Assembly (NCBI GenBank): GCA_964548275.1
Contig: CAZJQI010000008.1
Coordinates: forward strand, 14,286-78,285
Length of the DNA stretch: 64,000 bases
Reading direction: 5' to 3'
From: an uncultured Gemmatimonadales bacterium
GTDB lineage: Bacteria; Gemmatimonadota; Glassbacteria; GWA2-58-10
The notes under the pieces were generated by a model. That model had not been told where the DNA came from and did no database searches. It saw only the letters and a program-made list of their open reading frames with translations. The translations under genes and the position numbers were made by a program. Within the stretch, counting starts at the first letter, position 1; each line of letters begins with the position of its first letter. This document shows, piece after piece, positions 55,024 to 64,000 of this stretch.

Positions 55024-57009
55024 TCATTTCTTCCTTAACTGCAGCTTCCAGGTATCCTTCAGCGGGGCATTATCGCCTGCTCGCAAGACTATCCGGTTCA
55101 GGTTTTCTCCCCAGGCCGAGCTTAGCCTGCTGTCATCGAGTTCTATCTTTTCCACTGCCGGTGTGAGCTTATCAGCAGGATAGTTCAGCTCGAGTTTGAA
55201 CCCCTCTCCCTCTGCACTCTTTTCACTCAGGGTGATCAGTCCTTTTTTCTCCAGGTTCACTTCACAGGGAGTGAGCAGGCTGAGCATCAGCTCTCCGTCG
55301 CGTTTGGCAAGCCTGTATGATTCCACCAGCCGCACCTCTTTACCTCGCACGAGGCGCACCGCGCGTTTCCATGAAATGACTCCTGCGCTTTCCGGGTATG
55401 CACCGGCAATATCGCTTGAAAGTTCGGCATAGGAGTTTTTCTCTTTATAGCGGACATCCCTGGCAGCGAAAGTCCTGCCCTCTTTCTGCATCACTCCGTT
55501 GATCGTGGGCAGGTTGTGGAAAGCCGACTGCATGGTCCATATTTCGTAGCGTTTATCGCTGAACGTTTTGCGAGTGTATGTGCCTACCCCGGCATCGATA
55601 ATCGCCGGTCGGCCGTCCACATAGACTGTGAAATTGCCCACATCGTTATGGTTGTGGTTTTCGGCATTGTGGCCTCCCTTGGCCGCAAGGTACAACCCCT
55701 CAGAGGTGCCTGCTCTGGAGCGTGCGGCCATGACCTGGATCCCGTCCAGCCAGACATCCCGTACATGCGGCTGAAAACCCTCAGCCGAGATCAGCTCGCG
55801 AAGGTTGGACAGTGCCGGCAAGGCCCGGCCTATACTTCCTGAGACACCCGGGTCTTTTGCCATCTGCTTTTTTGCCGCGTAAGCCCCCAGTGCGGCCATA
55901 TTTTTGTCGCCGATCCTTTTGCCAAACCTGTAGACCAGGTCACCGGCAATTCCCACCTTTGCCGGGGCGTCTGCGAAATTGATAAAATAACGCTCGTCTA
56001 TGTGCGTGCGGTAAATAAAACGTCCCATTTGCTGTATCAGTGGCTTGTTGTATATGTCGATCTCGCTGTTCGTGGCACTTCGCAGCAGCTCCAGGCAGTC
56101 AAAGAGCGAGGCAGCAGCCCGGCCCCAGTAGCTCGGGCCCTCATCGCAGCCGCCGTCCGGATGATAGGAAGAGATAAATAGATCGAGGCTCCGCAGAACT
56201 TTTTCCACAGCAGCGACGCGCCTGTTATTATCACCCTCGAGCAGAAAGTTGGCTGTGAGCCAGTTGGAATTGCACCACGGGTTCCAGTTGTTTATATGCG
56301 AACCAGAAAAACCCATCCACCAGAAATCATCCCTTTCAAGACAGGGCCGCAGCACTCGCACACTGGCCTCGCGCAGCAGCCGGGTGTTGATCAGCGGGGA
56401 AATCTCATCGAGCTGCGGGCCGATAAGGTAATGAATCCAGGCGAGAAGAGCCACGGTCTCGGCACTGAAAAGGTCCACAACCGGTTCTTCCACATCGGGA
56501 AGGCCGGAGCTGGCTCGCTGTGCGTTAATATGCGCCGGAATCACCCAGCTCGACTCTTCCAGAATCGCCCACACACCGTTTACTATCTCATCCATAAAAC
56601 GCCCCTTCGCCTCCATACACTCTGCCAGAACGAGATTTGCAAGCCGGTTTCTCCTCTCAAAATACGGCTCCTCGTACCTGCTACGGTTGCCGTTTATCGA
56701 GAACTCCAGGTAGAGGGTGGCAGGCAGCACGGGCCACTTTTCCCCGAGAACCTGTTCCGCCCTGGCGAGATGTACCCGGCGGGTTTGCTCGGGCAGCGAG
56801 TTCCAGAAATCCCGCTCTGCAAGGGTAGCAAAAGGATGCCATTCGGAGTGGGGCAGGAGAACTTCTCGAAGGGTTTCTATCGGGTACTGGGAACTCAGGC
56901 TGGGCTTGGATTGGCCGGGATAGGCAGGAAGCAGCTGAAAATAAGCGAGAAAGGGGAATAGAAACGCATTGACACACAATACCCTCCGGAGTTTTTTAGA
57001 GCTGAACAT
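55024..57009 (-). CDS. Heparinase II/III-like polysaccharide lyase (second copy)
   Basis: SD AAGGAAGG before ATG 57009, signal peptide. Alpha-helical N-domain. GGHNAENHNHNDVGNFTVYVDGRPAIIDAGVGTY matches the heparinase II/III GH.H.D signature. Confidence 0.7.
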   Translation of the reverse strand: MFSSKKLRRVLCVNAFLFPFLAYFQLLPAYPGQSKPSLSSQYPIETLREVLLPHSEWHPFATLAERDFWNSLPEQTRRVHLARAEQVLGEKWPVLPATLYLEFSINGNRSRYEEPYFERRNRLANLVLAECMEAKGRFMDEIVNGVWAILEESSWVIPAHINAQRASSGLPDVEEPVVDLFSAETVALLAWIHYLIGPQLDEISPLINTRLLREASVRVLRPCLERDDFWWMGFSGSHINNWNPWCNSNWLTANFLLEGDNNRRVAAVEKVLRSLDLFISSYHPDGGCDEGPSYWGRAAASLFDCLELLRSATNSEIDIYNKPLIQQMGRFIYRTHIDERYFINFADAPAKVGIAGDLVYRFGKRIGDKNMAALGAYAAKKQMAKDPGVSGSIGRALPALSNLRELISAEGFQPHVRDVWLDGIQVMAARSRAGTSEGLYLAAKGGHNAENHNHNDVGNFTVYVDGRPAIIDAGVGTYTRKTFSDKRYEIWTMQSAFHNLPTINGVMQKEGRTFAARDVRYKEKNSYAELSSDIAGAYPESAGVISWKRAVRLVRGKEVRLVESYRLAKRDGELMLSLLTPCEVNLEKKGLITLSEKSAEGEGFKLELNYPADKLTPAVEKIELDDSRLSSAWGENLNRIVLRAGDNAPLKDTWKLQLRKK

Positions 57010-57208
57010 CTCGACCTTCCTTGCTAAATGATTGTCCAGGCTGATACAGGCATCTTTTATCAATCAAGCTCATCAACAGATTATGCCTTTTGGAAACTAA
57101 GATAACAGGGAAGAAAATATACAAAGCAACTAACCCGGATTATTAATGAAACCCGGATCTTGACATGGCGGATCACTTATTTTCACATTTTTATCAGCCA
57201 CCGAGGGA

Positions 57209-57292
57209 GGGGGGCGGCGGCTGTGCGACTTGGGTCGCACAGGCCGTTGCGCTTTTGCACAACGGTGCGCATTTCATGCGCCCGCCGCCCCC
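57209..57292. other. 84-nt GC-rich multi-hairpin (three hairpins closed by an 11-bp stem), 24 nt downstream of the TPR gene stop
   Basis: Outer stem GGGGGCGGCGG / CCGCCGCCCCC. Inner hairpins ctgtgcgac-ttgg-gtcgcacag, ccgttg-cgcttttgca-caacgg, gcgcat-ttc-atgcgc. Confidence 0.5.
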
Positions 57293-57316
57293 AGGCCCCG
57301 CACAAACATTACCCTC

Positions 57317-59647
57317 TCACCCGATAATTTCGAACAGCACCGCCTCCTCGTCCCAGAACATCATCATGTTGTCCCGGGCCTCAATCAGCAGGCGGTAGGT
57401 GCCGGGAGCCAGCACTGAGCTGTCCAGCAGGAACGATTCGGCCACCGGGCCGTCGCCGGAATCGACCTCCCGATCGAAAATGTGCCTGATCTCGGTGTTT
57501 TCCTTGGCTTCGCCGAACGTGAGCAAGCCGGCCAGCGCGCCAGTGATCCGTCCCAGGATACTCTTTTCCCCCTCGTAGCGGATAACATCTATATACTCCC
57601 GGTAGCTGCGCTTGCCGCCGGGGCCGTTATCCAGGTTGTAGTATTCCAGGTAGACCCGGATTTTTTCGCCGCGCTGGAAGCGGAACGAGGGCCGGGGGAT
57701 AAACCGCACGCCGTGGCGCTCGTGGGCAGCTCCGCCCGCGGGCGGGTCCAGGCCGAGCACGATGGCGGATAGTTCCAGATATCCCTTGTTGAACCGCTTC
57801 AGATTCAGCAGGCCTCGCCCGTTCCAGCACTCCTCTCCAGCGGCCAGCTTGATCGCGTAGTTGCTCTTGCCGGGCGGGAAATACAGCCTGTGCACCGCCA
57901 CCCAGCGGTTTTCCGGTTCGCCGGGGATGCGGAAACAGTCGCTGTGGCTGCGCAGAAGTTCGGTCCACAGGGTGTCGTAGGCGGCCGCCACGGCTGTGAC
58001 CAGTTCGATGTGCTCGGGCAGCACCTGGTCCTGATAGATTTCCTCCGTGATTCCCGAGCCGTCGGCCGAGCGGAACTGCGCCAGGTAGTATTCCTCCGCC
58101 TCGTGGATTCCCGGTTGGACGTGCCTCTGCTGCTGTATAGCCTGCTGCATGTCACCCCATACTCTGGGCGTGCTGTTTTTGTCCATGTTTCCGAAAACGC
58201 CGGGGCTAGAAGGCGGGCGGAAGATGAATTCCCCGATCAGCGGCGGTTTCTCGAACATGAAAGGCCGGCCGTCGTACCACCAGATCTCCACCGGACCGCT
58301 CAGTTTATTATTAACCGGCATGCGCCCGCGATTGTATTCCGTGCTGAAGCTGGTTCTGTCTTTCTTGATTTTTTCAGGCGGACCGTAGCGGAGATACAGC
58401 AGGCCCCGGTGGTCCAGCCCCAGTGGATGCCCGGGGGAGAACGTGGTTTCCTCCGAGTGATATTTGTACTCGAAGCCATGGTAACCCAGAAGCTGAATAG
58501 CGTCTTCGCTCACGTTGAACCGGTTGTAAGGATTGTTCTGCCGGTAATTGCGCTGGACATGGCCCAGCCTGAGGTAGTGCTCGGCCAGCCGGCGATTGAG
58601 TCCGGAGAGCTTGTCGGGATTGCCGTCGGCCCAGAAGTAGTGGAGGAATTCCTTCTCCTGTCCCGCATCCACCGCCCCCCGGCAGCGGTCGACATCCTCC
58701 GGAGTGAAAATACCGGCGGCCTCGGCGAGCAGGCGGTCGAATTCGCCGGTGCGGCCGGCGGTCTCCACAGCTTGCCAGTAGAGGCGCTGGAAGGCGAGCG
58801 TGTCGCCTGTCTCCAGCCGGCAGCGGGCCTCCAGCAGGGGAATCTCCGGGCTGACAAACTCCGGGTTATCCTTCTGCAGTGCCAGCAGTTCGGCCAGGGC
58901 CGCCTCCGGCCCCTCAACCAGGTAGCGGTCCCGGGCCAGTTCCAGCCGCCAGGATGTGCTGTCCGGGTGGTTTTGCAGGTAGGCAGCCAGCAGGATAATC
59001 ACCCGCCGGATTTCCTCCACGGTGCGGTCTTTCACCCGCTCCCGCCAGATCCGGTAGGCGTCGCGGTAGCTGATATCCACCTCCAGCAGGTGCAGCAGGG
59101 CCCGCATTGCGATTCGCACATCATCCGTGGAGGGCTCGCCGTCGAGCATGATCCGCGCCTTGGCGTACAGCACCGCCGGGCTGTCCGGGTCGATCGCCAG
59201 CGCCCGGCGGAGATGATCCGGGGCGGTCCACTGTCGGTGCTTCAGCAGGTAAGCGCACCAGGCCAAGCCGGTGTGGGCGGCGATCCGAATGCTGTCGACT
59301 GGAGAGTACAGCGCGGCGGTGAAATCACGTGACGCGGCTTCGCGGTTACCGGCCATCAGTTGTAGCCGGCCGCGGTCCAGCAGAGCGACGTGGTTCTCCG
59401 GCTGCCGCGAGATCGTGTTATCCAGTATGACTAACGCTCCGGAGGTGTCGCCGGCGGCCAGTAGCTCGGCAGCGCGGTAATTACTAACGCTAAACGTGTA
59501 TTGGATTTCATGTTTGGGATATTCGGCACATATATTGCCAGCAAATAGGAGGCAAACCAGTACCAATTTGCCTCTTAATCCTATCTGTAGACAAGTGGCT
59601 TTGCCTGACATGTTCCTCATCTTCCTTGTGGTACTTTTATATTTCAT
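57317..59647 (-). CDS. Secreted TPR-repeat protein of unknown function (high-GC gene)
   Basis: 776 aa ORF with N-terminal hydrophobic signal (LVLVCLLFAGNICA). TPR-like helical repeats in the N-terminal third. The C-terminal half has no assignable motif. The long antisense ORF 57890..59332 is low-complexity (R/P/G-rich) and judged spurious. Confidence 0.5.
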   Translation of the reverse strand: MKYKSTTRKMRNMSGKATCLQIGLRGKLVLVCLLFAGNICAEYPKHEIQYTFSVSNYRAAELLAAGDTSGALVILDNTISRQPENHVALLDRGRLQLMAGNREAASRDFTAALYSPVDSIRIAAHTGLAWCAYLLKHRQWTAPDHLRRALAIDPDSPAVLYAKARIMLDGEPSTDDVRIAMRALLHLLEVDISYRDAYRIWRERVKDRTVEEIRRVIILLAAYLQNHPDSTSWRLELARDRYLVEGPEAALAELLALQKDNPEFVSPEIPLLEARCRLETGDTLAFQRLYWQAVETAGRTGEFDRLLAEAAGIFTPEDVDRCRGAVDAGQEKEFLHYFWADGNPDKLSGLNRRLAEHYLRLGHVQRNYRQNNPYNRFNVSEDAIQLLGYHGFEYKYHSEETTFSPGHPLGLDHRGLLYLRYGPPEKIKKDRTSFSTEYNRGRMPVNNKLSGPVEIWWYDGRPFMFEKPPLIGEFIFRPPSSPGVFGNMDKNSTPRVWGDMQQAIQQQRHVQPGIHEAEEYYLAQFRSADGSGITEEIYQDQVLPEHIELVTAVAAAYDTLWTELLRSHSDCFRIPGEPENRWVAVHRLYFPPGKSNYAIKLAAGEECWNGRGLLNLKRFNKGYLELSAIVLGLDPPAGGAAHERHGVRFIPRPSFRFQRGEKIRVYLEYYNLDNGPGGKRSYREYIDVIRYEGEKSILGRITGALAGLLTFGEAKENTEIRHIFDREVDSGDGPVAESFLLDSSVLAPGTYRLLIEARDNMMMFWDEEAVLFEIIG

Positions 59648-59913
59648 GCAATAGTCGAACTGTGCAACCTTGAAACACTGTCATAGACCGTGTCGAACAG
59701 TATCAGAAGTAACGTAATCCGGGTCCGGCGAAGGTGAAAGCCCTTTGATTTTATTTTAACTCTATTTTTTCATTTTTTCAAGTTTATTTTAAATAATTTT
59801 CATTATTTATCCTTTAAACATTGTCGCCTTGCTCAAAATGGAAGCTTGTTTTACCACACACCAGATCAAGAGTTTTTCGCATGGAAGAGAAATAAGTGGT
59901 TTAGATCTCTCAG

Positions 59914-60216
59914 TTGGTTTTCCTTTGGCCTAGATCTACTGTTCTCCCAGCGCTGTACGGTTCCAGGATCAACTACCATCTGAATAGCCAATTCCTTTTA
60001 GCTCAAGCCAATAAACTGCCGGTATCTGTCTATCTTTTCCCCCCAGGCTGCGGGTTGAATTTCACTGTCGCCGGCAGATCTGTCAGACTCGCCGACACAA
60101 GCTTTGGTGCGGCGAAAATACGATTTGCTGAAAAATTGTTTGATAGACGTACCAAGTGTGTTTATACTTGTAGGCATCCGTCCGAAGGGAATCCCACCGG
60201 ACGGTGTGTCAGCTAG
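59914..60216 (+). pseudogene. Possible remnant of a PorV-paralog 3' end
   Basis: Nucleotides 60046-60091 are 41/46 identical to porV 53972-54017. In-frame peptide GCGLNFTVAGRSVRLADT versus PorV GCGLDFTVASRYVRLDYA. The surrounding ORF has no other homology I can see. Confidence 0.3.
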
Positions 60217-60251
60217 AGTAACCCTTTCCAGTTTTCGCAAACAGTGGTGCC

Positions 60252-61628
60252 ATGAACGAGGAAAAAGGCAGCCTGGCCTATGTGGTAGGGGTCTGCATGG
60301 TTGCAGCCCTGGGCGGACTTCTGTTCGGATATGATACCGCGGTTATCTCCGGGGCGATAGGTTTCCTTCAAACCCGCTTTGAGCTCGATCCGGCCTGGAC
60401 CGGATGGGCAGCCTCATGTGCCCTGCTCGGTTGTGTGATCGGTGTTTCCATTGCCGGAACGATGAGCGACCTGCTCGGCCGCAAGAGGGTTCTGATCCTC
60501 TCGGCGGTTCTTTTCCTTGTTTCGGCAGTTGGAACGGCTCTTCCCAGAAACATAACCGAGTTTGCCATTTTCAGGATAATCGGCGGCCTGGGGGTGGGGG
60601 CTGCCTCGATGACCTCGCCGATGTATATCGCTGAAATCAGCCCGGCCCGGATCAGGGGAAGGATGGTCTCGGTCAACCAGCTCGCAATTGTTACCGGTAT
60701 ACTGGTGGTCTATTTCGTCAATTATTTCATTGCCGGGCAGGGTGATGAATCCTGGAACATCCAGTACGGCTGGCGCTGGATGTTCGCCTCCGAGGCCCTG
60801 CCTGCTCTTCTGCTGCTCCTGCTGCTGTTTCCAGTGCCTGAAAGCCCGCGCTGGCTTACCAAGCAGGAGCGGGTCAATGACGCCCTGGCTGTGCTGCGGC
60901 GAGTCTGCGGCAGCCAGCAGGCAAAAAAGGAACTGACCGCTATCAGGGAGGCGATCACAACTGAAAGCGGATCGCTGGGGATGCTTTTTCAGCCTGGAAT
61001 GAAAATCGTGCTGGTGATCGGTGTTACGCTGGCTGTATTGCAGCAGGTGACCGGGATCAACGTTATCCTGTATTATGCCCCCGTGATTTTCAAAAAACTG
61101 GGCTCGGGCACAGACGCCGCTTTTCTTCAGACAGTAGTGGTCGGCGCGGTAAATCTCACTTTCACTGTTGTCGCTATCTGGGCTGTCGACCGCCTGGGCC
61201 GCAAGCCGCTGATGATTATCGGGGCATCCGGTATGGGCCTTTGCCTCTGGGCTTTCGGCCTGGCTGCCTATTTCGAAAAAACCGGGGCCTGGGCCCTGGT
61301 ATTCGTCCTGGGCTATATCGCCTCTTTCGCCTTTTCCCTTGGGCCGGTAGTCTGGGTGGTGCTTTCGGAGATCTTTCCCACCAGAATCCGCGGCCGGGCC
61401 ATGGCGCTGGCCACGGTCTGTCTCTGGGCCGCCAATTTCGTTGTTTCCCAGACATTCCCGATAATGAACGAAAACAGGTTCCTCGTGGAGAGATTTCACC
61501 ACGGCTTTCCGTTCTGGATCTACGGAACCCTTTGCGGCGTGACAATTTTATTTGTCTGGCTTTTTGTGCCTGAAACAAAGAGAAAAACCCTGGAAGAAAT
61601 CGAAAGGATGTGGCTGCGGCAGAAATGA
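60252..61628 (+). CDS. MFS sugar porter family transporter (XylE/AraE/GalP-like)
   Basis: LFGYDTAVISGA, GRKRVLILSAVLF, PESPRWL, and PETKRKTLEEIE sugar-transporter signatures. 12 TM helices. Confidence 0.85.
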   Translation: MNEEKGSLAYVVGVCMVAALGGLLFGYDTAVISGAIGFLQTRFELDPAWTGWAASCALLGCVIGVSIAGTMSDLLGRKRVLILSAVLFLVSAVGTALPRNITEFAIFRIIGGLGVGAASMTSPMYIAEISPARIRGRMVSVNQLAIVTGILVVYFVNYFIAGQGDESWNIQYGWRWMFASEALPALLLLLLLFPVPESPRWLTKQERVNDALAVLRRVCGSQQAKKELTAIREAITTESGSLGMLFQPGMKIVLVIGVTLAVLQQVTGINVILYYAPVIFKKLGSGTDAAFLQTVVVGAVNLTFTVVAIWAVDRLGRKPLMIIGASGMGLCLWAFGLAAYFEKTGAWALVFVLGYIASFAFSLGPVVWVVLSEIFPTRIRGRAMALATVCLWAANFVVSQTFPIMNENRFLVERFHHGFPFWIYGTLCGVTILFVWLFVPETKRKTLEEIERMWLRQK

Positions 61629-61955
61629 GAATAGACAAAGTCGGCGGGAGCGTTTTTTACCTGAAAACAACAAGGGATATAATAACCTTATTGGCAGTCG
61701 AGTTTGCACCCTCGAAAAAACTTTTGTTTACTTTTGGTTACAAAAGTAACATGAAAAAATAATTTTTCTTTCAGCCTGCCAGTTAACCGGCAAGTACAAA
61801 GTTACATTTCAATTATAATGCAGGGGGCGGTGATTGGCTATCTCTGCTAATCCGGCGAATATTCTTTTGCATCTTCCACAGCGCCCTTTTAGCTTATCTT
61901 AGCTCACAATACCCGCACGCCTGAACAGTTCACTTGCTCAGAAAGGGCACGGCAA

Positions 61956-64000
61956 ATGAAAACCTCATCGCTCCTGCTTTCGATCTTTCTTTTCAGCTTT
62001 GCTGCTGCTGGATTCGCCCTTGAATCAAGGACTGTGATCGGGCTTTCCGGCACCTGGGATTTCGAGCAGACCGAGACAGCCTTTGCTCCTGAAAAATTCA
62101 CCCGCAAAATTCCAGTGCCCGGGCTGATTTTCCTCGCGCAGCCCCGGATAGAACAGTACGAGGCCTACTGCGACGGCACCTACGAGCCACGCTACAACTG
62201 GTACCGAAGGAAATTCACGGTTCCCGCTGATCTGAAAGGCAGGCAGGCTGTACTGACCATCCTGAAAAGCAAGTATGTGATCCAGGCTTTTCTCAACGGC
62301 ATAGAGCTGGGGCAGTCGGTTTCCTGCTACACTCCGGTCGAGTTTTTAGCCTCCCACGCCGTGCGTTTCGGGCAGGAGAACGAGCTGCTGGTGCGCCTGG
62401 ACGACAGGAAACGGCTGCCCAGCCAGGCCGCGGGAAGCACTGACAAGGAGAAAGTCACCTACTGGCCGGGTATCTGGGATGAAGTTTATATCTCTTTCAC
62501 CGGCCCGCTCAGACTCAACAATGTCCTCCTGCTGCCCTCCGTGGCCCGGAGCAGGGTGACTGCCAAGGTGCGGGTGAGAAGTTTTCTGCCGGCCCAGGTT
62601 CAGTACGGCGACAGGATGCAGGACTCCTGCACGGTCCAGATCGCCGTGCGCGAAAAGAAGTCCGGCACACAGGCGGGCGCTCCGGTCGCCCGTTCTCAGA
62701 TTGTCAAGCGGGATAATTTTACCGTGATCGAGGTCGACGTGCCGATCGACAACCCGCGCCTCTGGTCGCCTGAGGACCCGTTTATCTACACTGCTGCTGT
62801 TACACTGCGCGACAGCCAGGGCAAGACCAGCGACAGGATCGAGCAGGATTTCGGCCTGCGCGATTTCACTCGCAGCGGCAAGCATTTTACACTTAACGGC
62901 GAGAAAATACTGCTGCGCGGCACGAATATCACACTGTACCGTTTTTTCGAGGACCCGAACTGCAAGGCTCTGCCCTGGGACAGACAGTGGGTGACCCGGC
63001 TCCTGGATGAAATACCGGGCAGGCTGGATTGGAATGCCATGCGGATCTGCGTGGGCATTGCGCCCAAATTCTGGTACGATATAGCGGATGAGGCAGGCCT
63101 GATGATCCAGAACGAGTGGCTCTACTGGCAGAACCACGGCTGGGACGACCAGATCAGGGCCGAGTACACAGACTGGGTCTGGGCTGACGGCAGCCATCCG
63201 AGCGTGGTGATCTGGGACGCGATCAACGAGAACTGGGACGACTATATCGGCAACGAACTGATCCCCGAGCTGAAAAGGCTCGACCCGACACGGATCTGGG
63301 ACGCAGGCTACATGACCAGCGAGCACATGACCCTGGACGAGATGGACGAGCCGCATCCTTACATGGTTTTCGGCCACCGCACCGGATTTAATGACAAGCC
63401 CGGTGATCCGCCTTACCCCCTGGGCGACCTTCATTACTGGGGCCACTCCAGGAACAGCCTGCTGAGCTCCAGCGCTGCCCAGCTCGCCAACGAATACGGC
63501 TGGGTCTGGCTCTGGCGCAACGGCAGCCCGGCAAAGCTCACCACCGGGGTTTACGACTTTTACCTGGGCAGCCGGGCCACTCCGCAGCAGCGCCGCGAGT
63601 TCCAGGCTTACTGGGTGCAGCTTCAGACCGAATGGCTGCGCACCGAGCGCTCCCTGGCAGGCGTGCTCGCTTTCTGCTACCTGACAAACGACCTCGGGTT
63701 CACCGGCGACTGGTTTCTCCACCCCATTGCAGAGCTGAGACCTGCGCCTGCCCTGAAATGGCTGAAACACTGTTTCGCACCCGCTGCAGTGTTTATCGAC
63801 CTGGAGGATGCCCGCTACTCCAGGCACGTGCCCGCAAGAGAACCGGGAAGTCTGCTTTCTTTCACCCTGGTGGGAGTGAACGACAACAAGCAGGAGGTGA
63901 AAGGCCGGGTAGAAATGCGGCTTCTCGATTCCAGCGGCAGCGAAATTGTAAAAAAATCTTTGGAAATCGCCATACCTGCCTATTACAAGAAATACCAGCC
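61956..64000 (+). CDS. Glycoside hydrolase family 2-like enzyme (partial; continues past window end)
   Basis: Signal peptide MKTSSLLLSIFLFSFAAAGFA. N-terminal sugar-binding jelly-roll pattern (YNWYRRKFTVPADLKGRQAVLTILKSKYVIQAFLNGIELG). TIM-barrel block SHPSVVIWDAINE resembles the GH2 acid/base NE motif. No stop codon before 64000. The antisense ORF 62346..63827 is an artefact. Confidence 0.7.
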   Translation, partial: MKTSSLLLSIFLFSFAAAGFALESRTVIGLSGTWDFEQTETAFAPEKFTRKIPVPGLIFLAQPRIEQYEAYCDGTYEPRYNWYRRKFTVPADLKGRQAVLTILKSKYVIQAFLNGIELGQSVSCYTPVEFLASHAVRFGQENELLVRLDDRKRLPSQAAGSTDKEKVTYWPGIWDEVYISFTGPLRLNNVLLLPSVARSRVTAKVRVRSFLPAQVQYGDRMQDSCTVQIAVREKKSGTQAGAPVARSQIVKRDNFTVIEVDVPIDNPRLWSPEDPFIYTAAVTLRDSQGKTSDRIEQDFGLRDFTRSGKHFTLNGEKILLRGTNITLYRFFEDPNCKALPWDRQWVTRLLDEIPGRLDWNAMRICVGIAPKFWYDIADEAGLMIQNEWLYWQNHGWDDQIRAEYTDWVWADGSHPSVVIWDAINENWDDYIGNELIPELKRLDPTRIWDAGYMTSEHMTLDEMDEPHPYMVFGHRTGFNDKPGDPPYPLGDLHYWGHSRNSLLSSSAAQLANEYGWVWLWRNGSPAKLTTGVYDFYLGSRATPQQRREFQAYWVQLQTEWLRTERSLAGVLAFCYLTNDLGFTGDWFLHPIAELRPAPALKWLKHCFAPAAVFIDLEDARYSRHVPAREPGSLLSFTLVGVNDNKQEVKGRVEMRLLDSSGSEIVKKSLEIAIPAYYKKYQ

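Noticed and set aside
57209-57292. Possible tRNA (cloverleaf of ~84 nt)
   Set aside because: Stem lengths (11, 9, 6, 6 bp) and loop sizes do not fit tRNA geometry (7/4/5/5). No T-loop GTTCRA motif or anticodon-loop pattern. Nearly pure G/C.
57890-59332. 480-aa +strand ORF
   Set aside because: Antisense to the 776-aa TPR-protein gene in a ~65% GC region. Arg/Pro/Gly-rich low-complexity translation typical of spurious high-GC ORFs.
60414-61502. 362-aa minus-strand ORF
   Set aside because: Antisense of the MFS sugar-porter gene.
62346-63827. 493-aa minus-strand ORF
   Set aside because: Antisense of the GH2-like gene in a high-GC stretch. Low-complexity, Ala/Gly/Pro/Val-rich translation. The + frame carries the signal peptide and GH2 motifs.

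Overview
This 64 kb window is a chromosomal segment of a moderately high-GC bacterium. Ordinary housekeeping genes are interspersed with secreted carbohydrate-active (CAZyme-like) accessory genes.

Housekeeping content includes rsmI, rlmH, yggS-divIVA-PNP, mtaB-miaB, comEC, mutL-miaA, nadC-birA-coaX, nifU-nifS, mutM and tpx. The taxonomic signals are a type IX secretion system (T9SS) C-terminal sorting domain, a PorV-like outer membrane barrel, dockerin-like modules, bacillithiol genes bshC and bshA, a sigma-54 NtrC-like regulator, a superoxide reductase and a HD-GYP protein. Together these point to an anaerobic or microaerophilic FCB-group-like or candidate-phylum organism. No rRNA, tRNA or CRISPR was recognised.

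The most unusual content is as follows.

- **Tandem paralog array (19.5-29.7 kb):** three paralogous ~770-980 aa secreted proteins of an unassigned family, followed by a heparinase II/III-like lyase. Two of these four carry dockerin-like modules, and the third paralog also carries a T9SS sorting domain. A further dockerin-bearing protein lies at 13.4 kb. No cohesin is seen in the window.
- **Dispersed intergenic element:** a non-coding element with conserved ends and variable internal C-tract/G-tract hairpin repeats occurs in at least three loci (21.9, 32.5 and 46.2-46.7 kb) plus a weaker fourth (52.4 kb). The largest copy has expanded ~59 bp higher-order tandem repeats.
- **Gene-free 1.1 kb region:** contains a strong intrinsic terminator with no upstream coding sequence on that strand, so a small RNA is possible.
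- **Duplicated 67 bp cassette:** a ribosome-binding site plus signal-peptide segment is shared by porV and the unrelated downstream lipoprotein gene.
- **Possible protease/pro-domain operon:** a small secreted protein homologous to the N-terminal domain of the neighbouring S1 protease.

Many long antisense ORFs in the track lie opposite high-GC genes and are judged spurious.
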